Sequence record: NC_070999.1
Strand: one strand, 5' to 3'
DNA: 64,000 nucleotides
Below are positions 48,071-56,898 of the stretch, in pieces. Position 1 is the first letter of the stretch; each line of letters starts with the position of its first letter. Under the pieces are notes generated by a model. It made no database searches, was not told the DNA's origin, and saw only the letters and a program-made list of their open reading frames with translations. The position numbers and the translations under genes are program-made.

Positions 48071-48412
48071 ATGATCAAAGAAATTCTATCTAATAGTGAA
48101 TGTGTAGAGAAACAACTCATTAAAACATTCCCGGAGTTTAATCAGCAATTCCCGGAAGAGTTAAAGCTAACTTTGATCAATATGATCAAACACGATGAAA
48201 CGGTTACTGTATTCCCTAACACTGTGGAAGTTCAAAATAGTACCTTTAAGCAACTTGTAATCAAAATCTGTAAAGAGTGGGTGATCTTTATTACCGAGGA
48301 GTTGACTGAATACACTTGTTTCTATCGACAAGCTAATTTGGATAAACTTAAATCTTTTATTGCACTACACAGTGAACAAACACTAGTAGGAGAATTATAC
48401 GCTAAGTGTTAG
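48071..48412 (+). CDS. Hypothetical protein
   Basis: 113 aa, operonic spacing. Confidence 0.7.
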   Translation: MIKEILSNSECVEKQLIKTFPEFNQQFPEELKLTLINMIKHDETVTVFPNTVEVQNSTFKQLVIKICKEWVIFITEELTEYTCFYRQANLDKLKSFIALHSEQTLVGELYAKC

Positions 48413-48425
48413 GAGATTTGTTAAA

Positions 48426-48527
48426 ATGAAATTAACAAAACGTTCCGGAACAGTTATTGTAATTACAGTAGTGTTCTGGGTAATAACAGGGATAGTTGGA
48501 TACCAACTTTACCATGCCGCAGTGTAA
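48426..48527 (+). CDS. 33-aa single-TM membrane peptide (not in ORF track)
   Basis: MKLTKRSGTVIVITVVFWVITGIVGYQLYHAAV, AGGAG SD. Confidence 0.6.
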   Translation: MKLTKRSGTVIVITVVFWVITGIVGYQLYHAAV

Positions 48528-48541
48528 AAGGAAACAATGAA

Positions 48542-49876
48542 ATGACCAAGAAAAACAAAGAAGCTAAAGCAACAGAAGTTCCCCCGGTAGAAACTACCGA
48601 AGTTGTAGTTGAAAAAATTAAAGATCAGTCAGAAGCTACTTTTGACCATATTTATCCGGTAGTTAAAGTTGTAGAACCTGTGGTAATGGATAACGTAGAG
48701 ATTCGTCCTAAGTACCCAATGTCACGAGTTACTGACAAACCTTTGCTGGTTGTGGGTGGTAAACAGATTGAACTGAAAGAAGTGGAACTCAGTACCGATT
48801 ACTTCTTTAGCAATATTGGACACCGCCGCTTCCCTAGTAACTATCGATTCAATTCTCACTTTAACCCACAAGAGATGAAGAGTGTCGATAAAGAACCTAA
48901 GTGGTACGGTGCAGAAGTAAATGGAATCCAATTCTTCTTGACCTGTGGCTCTCACGTTGAAATCGAACGACTAAATAACGATACTACATTTGGTAGTATC
49001 GTGACAGATGGTCGTAAACCAGCTATTAAGTTCGCTTACTCCAGTATGATAGTGGAGACTCTGGGTATTCGTAGTTACGAGGAAACCAAACTCTTTAATG
49101 TAGGTATCCGAGCGAGTTACTTGGGTCTTGATAATGTTAAACTTACAGATGGCCATTTCCACATCGACAACTCTTGTGATTTGTCAAACGTAGATCTGGG
49201 TATCTTTAATGTTTCATCTGTACGTTCACTGCGTATCAGCCAATTCACTGGACATCGACTTTCTCTTAATGGTTTTGGTAATATCAATATCCATAGTGTA
49301 AGTTGTTACTGTAATGACGAAAATGCTTTCATTTTGGAACTTCCTGCTAATAAATCAGTTGATCTGGTTATTAGCAAGACTTCTCTGAATGACTTCAAGT
49401 TTATTCATTATGGTCGTGATCTAGCAACCGGCATTGATACTCAATCAAAGATAGTTATTAATAAGCGTTTGGATTATGGTCACATTGTAGGTGTTAATCC
49501 TGTACCGTTCGTTAAAGTTGGTAAGAGTTCTATCTTGGTAGGTGAGAAGTTGTTCACTGCTGTAGAGATGCTCGGTAAGATCTCTATGAACACTTTGGGG
49601 GAGATTGCACCACTATCCCCTTGGTACCCTACTCCGGCGTTTGGCTCACCTCGTACGCTTGATCCATTGGTTGGTAAGGACACTGCTGATAAAGCTTACG
49701 CAGTTGCTTTCTATAACGGAGCTAATGGAAAAGTACCTGATCATCAACCTGATCAAATCGTAGTTGATATTGTTCAAACTACAATTGATCAAATTCGATC
49801 TAAAGTTAAAGTGTTTGCTTTGATCGAAACACTAGAACCCGATGGACATCATTATGCCGATGAATATCCGTACTGA
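48542..49876 (+). CDS. Hypothetical protein with central beta-solenoid-like repeats
   Basis: 444 aa; NVKLTD..HIDNSCDLSNVDL..NVSSVRSLRISQ pattern. Confidence 0.8.
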   Translation: MTKKNKEAKATEVPPVETTEVVVEKIKDQSEATFDHIYPVVKVVEPVVMDNVEIRPKYPMSRVTDKPLLVVGGKQIELKEVELSTDYFFSNIGHRRFPSNYRFNSHFNPQEMKSVDKEPKWYGAEVNGIQFFLTCGSHVEIERLNNDTTFGSIVTDGRKPAIKFAYSSMIVETLGIRSYEETKLFNVGIRASYLGLDNVKLTDGHFHIDNSCDLSNVDLGIFNVSSVRSLRISQFTGHRLSLNGFGNINIHSVSCYCNDENAFILELPANKSVDLVISKTSLNDFKFIHYGRDLATGIDTQSKIVINKRLDYGHIVGVNPVPFVKVGKSSILVGEKLFTAVEMLGKISMNTLGEIAPLSPWYPTPAFGSPRTLDPLVGKDTADKAYAVAFYNGANGKVPDHQPDQIVVDIVQTTIDQIRSKVKVFALIETLEPDGHHYADEYPY

Positions 49877-50570
49877 TACACTAAGCGCACTTGAAAGAAT
49901 TACTAGAAAGTTTGGAGATATGTATCTTCATCTTTCTGGTGAAGGGAAAGTTTCTTTTCAAGGATTAAGAGACAGTTCCGCAAGTGGGTTCATTGTAACC
50001 CGCTTTGACGGTACCTTTGGTTGTATGGAACGTTTAATCGAAGATTGTACTTGTGCTTTGCAAGATGCAATCTTGTTCATGGGAAACCTGAACATCGTCC
50101 CTAATCTGAACTTAGATGAAAATACCAAGTACGTACTAACTCCAGAGGAGTGGAATAAGGAACTATCTGATTTTGCTAAGAAAATCGAAGAAAATCCTTT
50201 TAAAAAGGATTTTCACCATTACATTTATTACAAAGATAAAAATGGTAAGGATGAAACAGTAATCAGCATCGTTTTACAACCTCTTTGTAATGCCGAAGTT
50301 ATCGGTGAATTTCACGCCAGTAGTGAAGCAGAGTTCTTGGGAGAGGTTACTGCTGTTAAAAGTAAAGATGGTTACGACACTATTATGTTCACCTCTGATA
50401 AGTTTGCGTTTTTATTGGAGACCACTAACGACAAACATCTTTACGACGATGAGAACTGTCTAAAATACAGAAGACATATTCCTACAGCAGGTGATTACCT
50501 ACTAAGAGATAATGGTTCTGGTAAACTGATAGTTTTACCTCGTAGAGATTATGTAGGGTATTACCACTAA
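49842..50570 (+). CDS. Hypothetical protein
   Basis: About 240 aa; exact start uncertain (49842/49854/49860). Confidence 0.75.
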   Translation: MDIIMPMNIRTDTLSALERITRKFGDMYLHLSGEGKVSFQGLRDSSASGFIVTRFDGTFGCMERLIEDCTCALQDAILFMGNLNIVPNLNLDENTKYVLTPEEWNKELSDFAKKIEENPFKKDFHHYIYYKDKNGKDETVISIVLQPLCNAEVIGEFHASSEAEFLGEVTAVKSKDGYDTIMFTSDKFAFLLETTNDKHLYDDENCLKYRRHIPTAGDYLLRDNGSGKLIVLPRRDYVGYYH

Positions 50571-50575
50571 GTTAG

Positions 50576-50603
50576 AGTGCAACTGGGAACTCCCAGTTGC
50601 ACT
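50576..50603 (+). terminator. Hairpin terminator
   Basis: agtgcaactggg-aact-cccagttgcact followed by atttt. Confidence 0.8.
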
Positions 50604-50615
50604 ATTTTACCTGCT

Positions 50616-50645
50616 CTATATTTTTTCAGATAGATATTATTTAAG
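50616..50645 (+). promoter_or_regulatory. Early-type promoter motif (one extra T)
   Basis: ctatattttttcagatagatattatttaag. Confidence 0.75.
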
Positions 50646-50677
50646 TGTAAATCTAGGAGTGTATAAAGGAAACTAAG

Positions 50678-51475
50678 ATGTCTAATAAGAAAAAGAGAAA
50701 TGAAGCTAAAAATCAGAAGAAGAAACAAGCTATTGCTGCTCACAAGCAGTTCTTTGCGCATCGCGCTAAAGTAACACATATCACCCAATCTCTTAATCAC
50801 GCTCTAGGTAAGTTTTATATCATTGGGGATAAGAATCATCTTCCTATGACTTTTGGGTTGTGCGAGCTCAAGAACCGATTAAAAGGAGAAGATCTTAAAA
50901 TCGGGTTAGAAGAAGCTATGAAGTTTCTACTCGATACTCCTAATACCTGGGTGATTGCTATTTATCATTTCTTTGATATCGATGGGATAGTGGAGGTAAT
51001 CCCGGTTACTTGCACAGTTCCAGATTTCACTTTAGGTATTGCTTGTGATCTAGTTCCTGCTTTAATAGAGGAAACTAAAGTTTGTATTTTGGAAACTGAA
51101 GAGTATAAAGATCTTAAAGATTATTACTCTCACCATGGGTATTACATTAACTACGGAAATGACCTTAATTTTGATAAAATGGATGGTGATTTAATCAACG
51201 CCATGTTCACCGTCAGTAAAGACCTTCAGATGACTTCTGATAACATTCCAGAGGTAAACGGATATAAGGTACTAGATAACATTCTGAAGGATCCTAGCGA
51301 GGTTACAGGAAGTTCTGAGAGTGTTCCTCTTTGTAGTAATATGGTGGAACTAACTGAGGAATTGTTAAATGGTTTTATTTTGAATAAAGAAGAAAGTGTA
51401 GAAGAACTGGATGAGTTGTTTTCTGGGATTATGGGAGAGGGATTAAATGAATCAGTTGCAGTTGAGTGTTGTTAA
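50678..51475 (+). CDS. Hypothetical protein (basic N-terminus, acidic C-terminus)
   Basis: 265 aa, AAGGA SD, first gene after the promoter motif. Confidence 0.8.
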   Translation: MSNKKKRNEAKNQKKKQAIAAHKQFFAHRAKVTHITQSLNHALGKFYIIGDKNHLPMTFGLCELKNRLKGEDLKIGLEEAMKFLLDTPNTWVIAIYHFFDIDGIVEVIPVTCTVPDFTLGIACDLVPALIEETKVCILETEEYKDLKDYYSHHGYYINYGNDLNFDKMDGDLINAMFTVSKDLQMTSDNIPEVNGYKVLDNILKDPSEVTGSSESVPLCSNMVELTEELLNGFILNKEESVEELDELFSGIMGEGLNESVAVECC

Positions 51476-51776
51476 TAGCCAAGCAAATATTGAAACATTT
51501 CTCAAATCTAGTTTTGAAGCCAGTCATAATACAGGTGGAACTCTAGATCTTTATCTTTCCGATAAACTTCATCTTACTGTTGCACTACATGCAGATAGTA
51601 AACAGTGTTGGATCCAACCTTGGTTGTTTGTAAAGAACGGTAAAAACTACTGGGAAGATAGCACTGGGTATTACCTTAATACCATTTACTGTAAATCGAA
51701 TAACACTGACAAGGTTGCAAATATTGTTTCGCATCAACTTCACCAAGTTGTATTGAATCAACTTTGTAATCTTTAA
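51447..51776 (+). CDS. Hypothetical protein
   Basis: 109 aa, GGGAGAGG SD inside the upstream gene. Confidence 0.7.
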   Translation: MNQLQLSVVNSQANIETFLKSSFEASHNTGGTLDLYLSDKLHLTVALHADSKQCWIQPWLFVKNGKNYWEDSTGYYLNTIYCKSNNTDKVANIVSHQLHQVVLNQLCNL

Positions 51777-51789
51777 TACCAACTTAATT

Positions 51790-51805
51790 AGTCTAGATAA
51801 AAGGA
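51790..51805 (+). promoter_or_regulatory. AGTCTAGATAA(AA)GGA motif (copy 3)
   Basis: agtctagataaaagga upstream of ATG 51815. Confidence 0.6.
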
Positions 51806-51814
51806 ATATAGAAA

Positions 51815-52192
51815 ATGAAACAACAACACATTGATAAACTCGCTTCCCTGATGACCAACGAAAAGTCAGAGTTTCGGATGCAGGTTTCTGCTCTAAATGG
51901 CAAAGGTGAACTGCGTATCGGGGGAAGTACTTTTGCGGTAGGTACTTTCGAGATCGTTGCGCATTATGACGGCAAAGAAGTAACCTGTTCTGGTCACATG
52001 GGTCGTCAATACCTCACTATGACACAAGTCAGTAACGCCGAAATTGATCCTAGTAAACCTTGCTTCAAAGTTAACATCACTCGTCGCAATGGTGCCTTTA
52101 TCAAGAACGATCAGTACATCAAAGCTGAAGAACACGCCGTAGCTAAGTTCTTTGCTGACTGGAGCATTGATGTAGAACTTGATAATAAATAG
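51815..52192 (+). CDS. Hypothetical protein
   Basis: 125 aa, optimal-codon bias. Confidence 0.8.
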   Translation: MKQQHIDKLASLMTNEKSEFRMQVSALNGKGELRIGGSTFAVGTFEIVAHYDGKEVTCSGHMGRQYLTMTQVSNAEIDPSKPCFKVNITRRNGAFIKNDQYIKAEEHAVAKFFADWSIDVELDNK

Positions 52193-52201
52193 GAACTTGT
52201 A

Positions 52202-52594
52202 ATGAGTACCATATCTGCGAACGTGTTTAATCAGATCATTGACTCCATCATTAGTGCTGGTGGAGTCGGTTTCTGGGTAGAAGATAACTTAATTAGAACA
52301 TTGAAACAACATAATCATTTACGGTTCTGGCAAACAGCTAGTCATAGACCAGAGTTGTCTATTGAAAGTCCTAAAGCTAAACTAGAGTTTCGTTTAGTTA
52401 ATCCTCGTAATCACGAATGGTCTTTCACCATTAGTTCTCAAACTGGAATGAGAAAGTCTGTAAGTTTAACCTGGATGGGGAACTTATCTAATCCTAAAAC
52501 TAATCACGAACAAGGTAAATTACTTAGAAGTGAAGTAGGGTTAGTGTTAAGACAGTTTCTAGTTCAATCGGGAATTAAATTCATTCCAAGTTAA
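52202..52594 (+). CDS. Hypothetical protein
   Basis: 130 aa, AGGA SD. Confidence 0.75.
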   Translation: MSTISANVFNQIIDSIISAGGVGFWVEDNLIRTLKQHNHLRFWQTASHRPELSIESPKAKLEFRLVNPRNHEWSFTISSQTGMRKSVSLTWMGNLSNPKTNHEQGKLLRSEVGLVLRQFLVQSGIKFIPS

Positions 52595-52606
52595 AGGGTT
52601 ATAGTT

Positions 52607-53002
52607 ATGCCAGATCCTAATTTGAAATTATTACCTATTAGTAAAGACATTGTTTCAACTATTGATAAAAGTAATATTGATACTTGGACTAAACACTTGC
52701 TCCCTCATCCAACACCTTTCTGGGAGTTCTGGAATACAGAGGAAGAGTTTAAATATCCATTTGTTTCTCTTTGTACTATTTATAACGAAGAGGGATTAAT
52801 TAAACCTGAATTGTTGGTAGCGAAACCTGGAATTAACTATGAAGATGCAATTAAACATCTGGAATTGGTTTTAGTTCCAAATGTCTGGATCCTGCATGAT
52901 GAGATTGGAATTCGTGCTGGTTCTTATTTGATTGCACTTTGGTTTACACCTGAAAGTGTTGTTTCTGAATTGAAAAGATTATTAGGAGATAAAAATGGAT
53001 AG
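52607..53002 (+). CDS. Hypothetical protein
   Basis: 131 aa, AAGGG SD. Confidence 0.75.
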   Translation: MPDPNLKLLPISKDIVSTIDKSNIDTWTKHLLPHPTPFWEFWNTEEEFKYPFVSLCTIYNEEGLIKPELLVAKPGINYEDAIKHLELVLVPNVWILHDEIGIRAGSYLIALWFTPESVVSELKRLLGDKNG

Positions 53003-53591
53003 TAATTTCCCTTATAACAATCGGATTAATTATAACACATTTGTAACTGGCGTTTGGATTCCGTACAACGGGTGGCGGGTAAAGAGTCTTCACGACATTA
53101 AACTTCACGATGGCACTATACTAAAACAGATGCAGCCAAATGCTTGTGCTTGGTTTGGTTCCGTAGGAAGGGTTGAAGATGATCAAGTTTTAGCCATTCG
53201 GGTTGTTCCTGATGAAGAACGTGGTAAATATGAATACACTGGTAAATCTAGAATTGAACGCGATCTTCGTTATTTTGGTCACTCTATCCCTGTTTGGTTG
53301 GAAGATGAACAACGTTTCATTTATCCTGACGAAGTTCCAGAAGGTAAATTCATTACCCCTTTGCAACAAGCGCTGTGGAAGAAGTGTTGTACAAAGGAAG
53401 GTGATAAAGAAGAGTCATGGGAAGTAATTGTTTTAACAATTACTGGCAATCTAACCGATATGAATCTTAAAAGTTTCACTGATGGTGAACTTACTCGTTT
53501 ATTCGATGAATGTGACGAGAGGTTGGTTACACCGGATGAACTTTCTGAAAGAATCAGAAGACGTGTTCTTTCTAACTACAACAGTTTTTAA
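52995..53591 (+). CDS. Hypothetical protein
   Basis: 198 aa, AGGAG SD, 8-bp overlap with upstream gene. Confidence 0.8.
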   Translation: MDSNFPYNNRINYNTFVTGVWIPYNGWRVKSLHDIKLHDGTILKQMQPNACAWFGSVGRVEDDQVLAIRVVPDEERGKYEYTGKSRIERDLRYFGHSIPVWLEDEQRFIYPDEVPEGKFITPLQQALWKKCCTKEGDKEESWEVIVLTITGNLTDMNLKSFTDGELTRLFDECDERLVTPDELSERIRRRVLSNYNSF

Positions 53592-53602
53592 GGATAAGTA
53601 AA

Positions 53603-53920
53603 GTGGAAACGGTATTTGAAAACCTTACGGATAAAGGTAAAGAGCGGTTGTTGTACGGATTGGAAACCAGTATCAAATCTTTTAGTACATCTCGACATAA
53701 AGATTTTAAAAGATTCAATCTATGTAATGGTTCTTCAGTTTTGGTAAAGTTGGAACCTTACATGAGTTACAAAGAACATCTATCAGTTTTAATTACAAAC
53801 CCCAAATCCAAGCAAGTTGTTAAAGAAGATTTCTATTTCCCTCTAACAGCTATAGGAAGGACAGGGGTATTTGAAACTAAGGCTAAAGAAATGATTAAAG
53901 TTATTTCTGAATTAATGTAA
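53603..53920 (+). CDS. Hypothetical protein
   Basis: 105 aa, GTG start, AAGGA SD. Confidence 0.7.
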   Translation: METVFENLTDKGKERLLYGLETSIKSFSTSRHKDFKRFNLCNGSSVLVKLEPYMSYKEHLSVLITNPKSKQVVKEDFYFPLTAIGRTGVFETKAKEMIKVISELM

Positions 53921-53930
53921 TCGTAACCTT

Positions 53931-53945
53931 AAGTCTAGATAAGGA
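53931..53945 (+). promoter_or_regulatory. AGTCTAGATAA(AA)GGA motif (copy 4)
   Basis: aagtctagataagga upstream of GTG 53952. Confidence 0.6.
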
Positions 53946-53951
53946 TATGCC

Positions 53952-54302
53952 GTGAAAGCTCTTGTAACACTCTCTATTGTATTTCTGTTAACTATCTTTA
54001 GCTTCACAGCTATTAGCAAAGATAATCAACCTAATACCTCTCAGAAACGTTATATGAAAGGTACAGTTGTGCACGTAGATAACTGTGATGTAGAAACCAG
54101 TTATCACAAACTCTGTGTTGTGGTTATTGAACATAACGGAGTAGATAAACCTGTTACTGTTCTAGGTAAAGTTGATATTGGATCTGTAGTATACAAAGAG
54201 TGTAGAGTTAAACTTGGTTCTGTCCAGTGTAAAGAAGATTGGAAGAACTATATCAATGAAGACTTCTTAACTGGTGGAATTTATATTAAGGATAACACAT
54301 GA
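53952..54302 (+). CDS. Small exported protein (signal peptide, four Cys)
   Basis: MKALVTLSIVFLLTIFSFTAIS signal; two Cys pairs (NCD..KLC, KEC..VQC). Confidence 0.7.
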   Translation: MKALVTLSIVFLLTIFSFTAISKDNQPNTSQKRYMKGTVVHVDNCDVETSYHKLCVVVIEHNGVDKPVTVLGKVDIGSVVYKECRVKLGSVQCKEDWKNYINEDFLTGGIYIKDNT

Positions 54303-54457
54303 CTTTACAAGAACGTTTGGAACAAGAAAGTAAAGAAACTTCAGTAATACAAGTACCTCTGGGAAATGTTAACGACAACAGTATTCTGGAACAATATCCA
54401 GGAGAAAGGGTAACTTTAGCTGATTTTCAAAATAGTATTGATGTAACACCAAACTAA
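54299..54457 (+). CDS. Small acidic hypothetical protein (not in ORF track)
   Basis: 52 aa MTLQERLEQE...DVTPN, ATGA overlap, AAGGA SD. Confidence 0.55.
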   Translation: MTLQERLEQESKETSVIQVPLGNVNDNSILEQYPGERVTLADFQNSIDVTPN

Positions 54458-54476
54458 TTTGGTAGAATAACTAATA

Positions 54477-54510
54477 AACTCTCTACTCCCAATTAAGGGA
54501 GTAGAGAGTT
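54477..54510 (+). terminator. Hairpin terminator
   Basis: aactctctactccc-aattaa-gggagtagagagtt, 14-bp stem. Confidence 0.85.
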
Positions 54511-54605
54511 ATAATTTTATTTGTGTTTTTTTGTTTCAAGATCTTATGACCGTTCTGAGGAATCACTTTAATAGTGATTTGAATTTTCATAAGAGGAACA
54601 GATTA

Positions 54606-56801
54606 ATGTCTAGCAATAAACCTTTCCCGTCGTCAGATCTTGACGTATTTAAAGACAACAGTCTTATATTAGACAACTTTGTCAACAGTCAGGATAATGA
54701 ATATCCTGATCGTTTTGGTCGTAAGAGACCAACTATTACAGGGATCATCAAAGAAGCCTTTAACGTTCGTACTGACATTTCCAATATGAATGAAACTCTT
54801 ATTGGTCAAAGTCGTTGGGACACGGTTCCTAAGAACACCAGTTTGACTTTAGGTGGCGATAACGGAGCTTTGAACAAGCAAGCACAAGCATTGTTTAACC
54901 GTACTGAAATGTTGAAAGTTCACTCTAGAGAAGCTTTACGTAGAACTTATTTAGAAGTGGGCTTAAATTTAGTTGAAGGCAGTTTTGAAGAAGGTGGGAC
55001 TTTAGAAACGCTCACAGACATACTCATCGAAGATAAAACAGGTAAATGTTATTCTTGGAAAGGTTCACTCCCAAAAGTAATCAATAAAGGTGAAACACCA
55101 AGCGAAAATGGATGGTTTTTGGTTTCTAAGTTATCTCCTGAACATTTTGGCGCAGGTGGGGAAGGAAGCACCGATGACACCTTGGCACTTAAAAGGTTTA
55201 TTCAGGCGATTTTAGATGGTGTTGATTGTAAATTTCAAAGAAATAAGATTTACAATGTTAGTTCTAACTTAAGTTTTATTCTATCTGATAAAATTTACGA
55301 AATAGATTTTAAGGATTGTGTTATTAGGTACATAACACCAATCCCCGAAATGACACTGGTCAAGGTGCTTAATTTCACCCAACCTGACCACACAAAACAA
55401 ACATCATTGAAAGTTAGTAACTTAAAAATTATTTCAGATATCCCCTATTTTGAATCGGTAACTGCTAGTGATAGACGAGGGATTTGGGGGATGACATTTA
55501 CAGGAATAAAAGATTTTACAGTAGAAAACTATAAAGCTGAGAATTTGTTTTACGGGTCAGGGTTAACAGCTAGTAAATATAATAAAGGTTATATCAGAAA
55601 TATTAATTTTGTTAACGTTGGGAGTAAATTTAACCCAACTAAAGATGACGTTTCTGCGTCGGATGCAGCAGGTGATGGTTTCCATTTTTACGATGTTATT
55701 GGCGATGCTTCTACGGTAATGGAAAATGTAACCACAAGTTCTTACACTGACAAGATAGGCAGGTGCGGAGTGGCTTTAGAAGCCTTTGGGAACTTAGGTA
55801 CTTCGCATAACGTTTCAATAAAAAATGGGAATTTCTTTGGGTACCATCGTGTTGTACATCAGGAAGATGGTGGAATTTCTGTTATAAGTTGGGAAGGTGG
55901 GGAGGTTAGAGATTTTTCAAACCTTTTTGTTTCTGTACAAGGTACCGTGGGGAACTTACGTGGTGTTTTTAATAATCTAAAAATCACTGTTAATCAAAAA
56001 ATTGCATATGGCGGTGTCTCTGGTTTAGTTAATTTTCAGCAGGGTGGGCGATTAGTTTTAAATGAATGTTTTATAAAATACCTGAGCAGTGTCCAGCAAA
56101 AAGGTCCGTTGACTATAAATAATTCAGTATTGGATCTTGGGTCTAAAACAATTTTTCATGCCAGTTTAAATGAAATTATTTATAACAATTGCAATTTAAT
56201 TGCTGATAATGGAAAATTTGACACATCTGGTCAGCCAAAGGGGTTTGTATTTAATAATTGTTTTGGAAAGAAATTCGTTATAGTTAGTCAAAATCCTATA
56301 GTTAAAATATCTCATTGTGAGTTCGAAGACGTTAATTTTAAACTTACCAATACAGGGACTAGAAATAGCGAAATTCGAGACACTAGTATTCACTACAGCT
56401 TAGGTACAACAATTTTAGAAAATTCTTATAACTGTGGAATTGATTTTTTAAACACCAATATCACATCTATCGGGATCTCAGTAATTTATGGCGACGGAAA
56501 CGTGGACAGCAACGTTAAGTCATGTACTTTGAAAAATGTAAAACTGCAGATTTCGAATGGAAACGCTGATCCAGAAGGTAGAGATGTAGTTCAGATAACA
56601 GGGACTAAATTCATTGCTACAGAATCAAGTTTCGGAACGTCTTTTTTTAACAAATACCAAGCTGCTGGAGTTGTTCAATCCTGTATTTTTATAGATAAAA
56701 CAACGGAACAAACATTAGTCAAAGAGACAGATGGACCTGTGTTTTTGGTCACTGGGCGCGGTAACGTATTAATAAATAAAGCTGGCGGACAGAGTATTTA
56801 A
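54606..56801 (+). CDS. Tailspike/RBP 2: anchor plus right-handed beta-helix (putative depolymerase)
   Basis: ATG 54606 with GAGG SD; DRFG motif, GSFEEGG module, PEHFGAGGEGSTDDTLAL pectate-lyase-3-like entry, beta-helix repeats. Confidence 0.85.
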   Translation: MSSNKPFPSSDLDVFKDNSLILDNFVNSQDNEYPDRFGRKRPTITGIIKEAFNVRTDISNMNETLIGQSRWDTVPKNTSLTLGGDNGALNKQAQALFNRTEMLKVHSREALRRTYLEVGLNLVEGSFEEGGTLETLTDILIEDKTGKCYSWKGSLPKVINKGETPSENGWFLVSKLSPEHFGAGGEGSTDDTLALKRFIQAILDGVDCKFQRNKIYNVSSNLSFILSDKIYEIDFKDCVIRYITPIPEMTLVKVLNFTQPDHTKQTSLKVSNLKIISDIPYFESVTASDRRGIWGMTFTGIKDFTVENYKAENLFYGSGLTASKYNKGYIRNINFVNVGSKFNPTKDDVSASDAAGDGFHFYDVIGDASTVMENVTTSSYTDKIGRCGVALEAFGNLGTSHNVSIKNGNFFGYHRVVHQEDGGISVISWEGGEVRDFSNLFVSVQGTVGNLRGVFNNLKITVNQKIAYGGVSGLVNFQQGGRLVLNECFIKYLSSVQQKGPLTINNSVLDLGSKTIFHASLNEIIYNNCNLIADNGKFDTSGQPKGFVFNNCFGKKFVIVSQNPIVKISHCEFEDVNFKLTNTGTRNSEIRDTSIHYSLGTTILENSYNCGIDFLNTNITSIGISVIYGDGNVDSNVKSCTLKNVKLQISNGNADPEGRDVVQITGTKFIATESSFGTSFFNKYQAAGVVQSCIFIDKTTEQTLVKETDGPVFLVTGRGNVLINKAGGQSI

Positions 56802-56804
56802 TTA

Positions 56805-56837
56805 AACCCTACTTACTCCTAAGGAGTAAGTAGGGTT
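56805..56837 (+). terminator. Hairpin terminator
   Basis: aaccctacttactcc-taa-ggagtaagtagggtt followed by atttt. Confidence 0.85.
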
Positions 56838-56898
56838 ATTTTATATTCTTTATTTTACTGATTTTATGACCTTAGAAATTAAATCAAGGAATAAGTAT

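Noticed and set aside
5942-53945. Repeated motifs and hairpins as a CRISPR array or DGR
   Set aside because: Copies are dispersed, with no regular spacers; no cas or reverse transcriptase gene; no TR/VR adenine-mismatch pair seen
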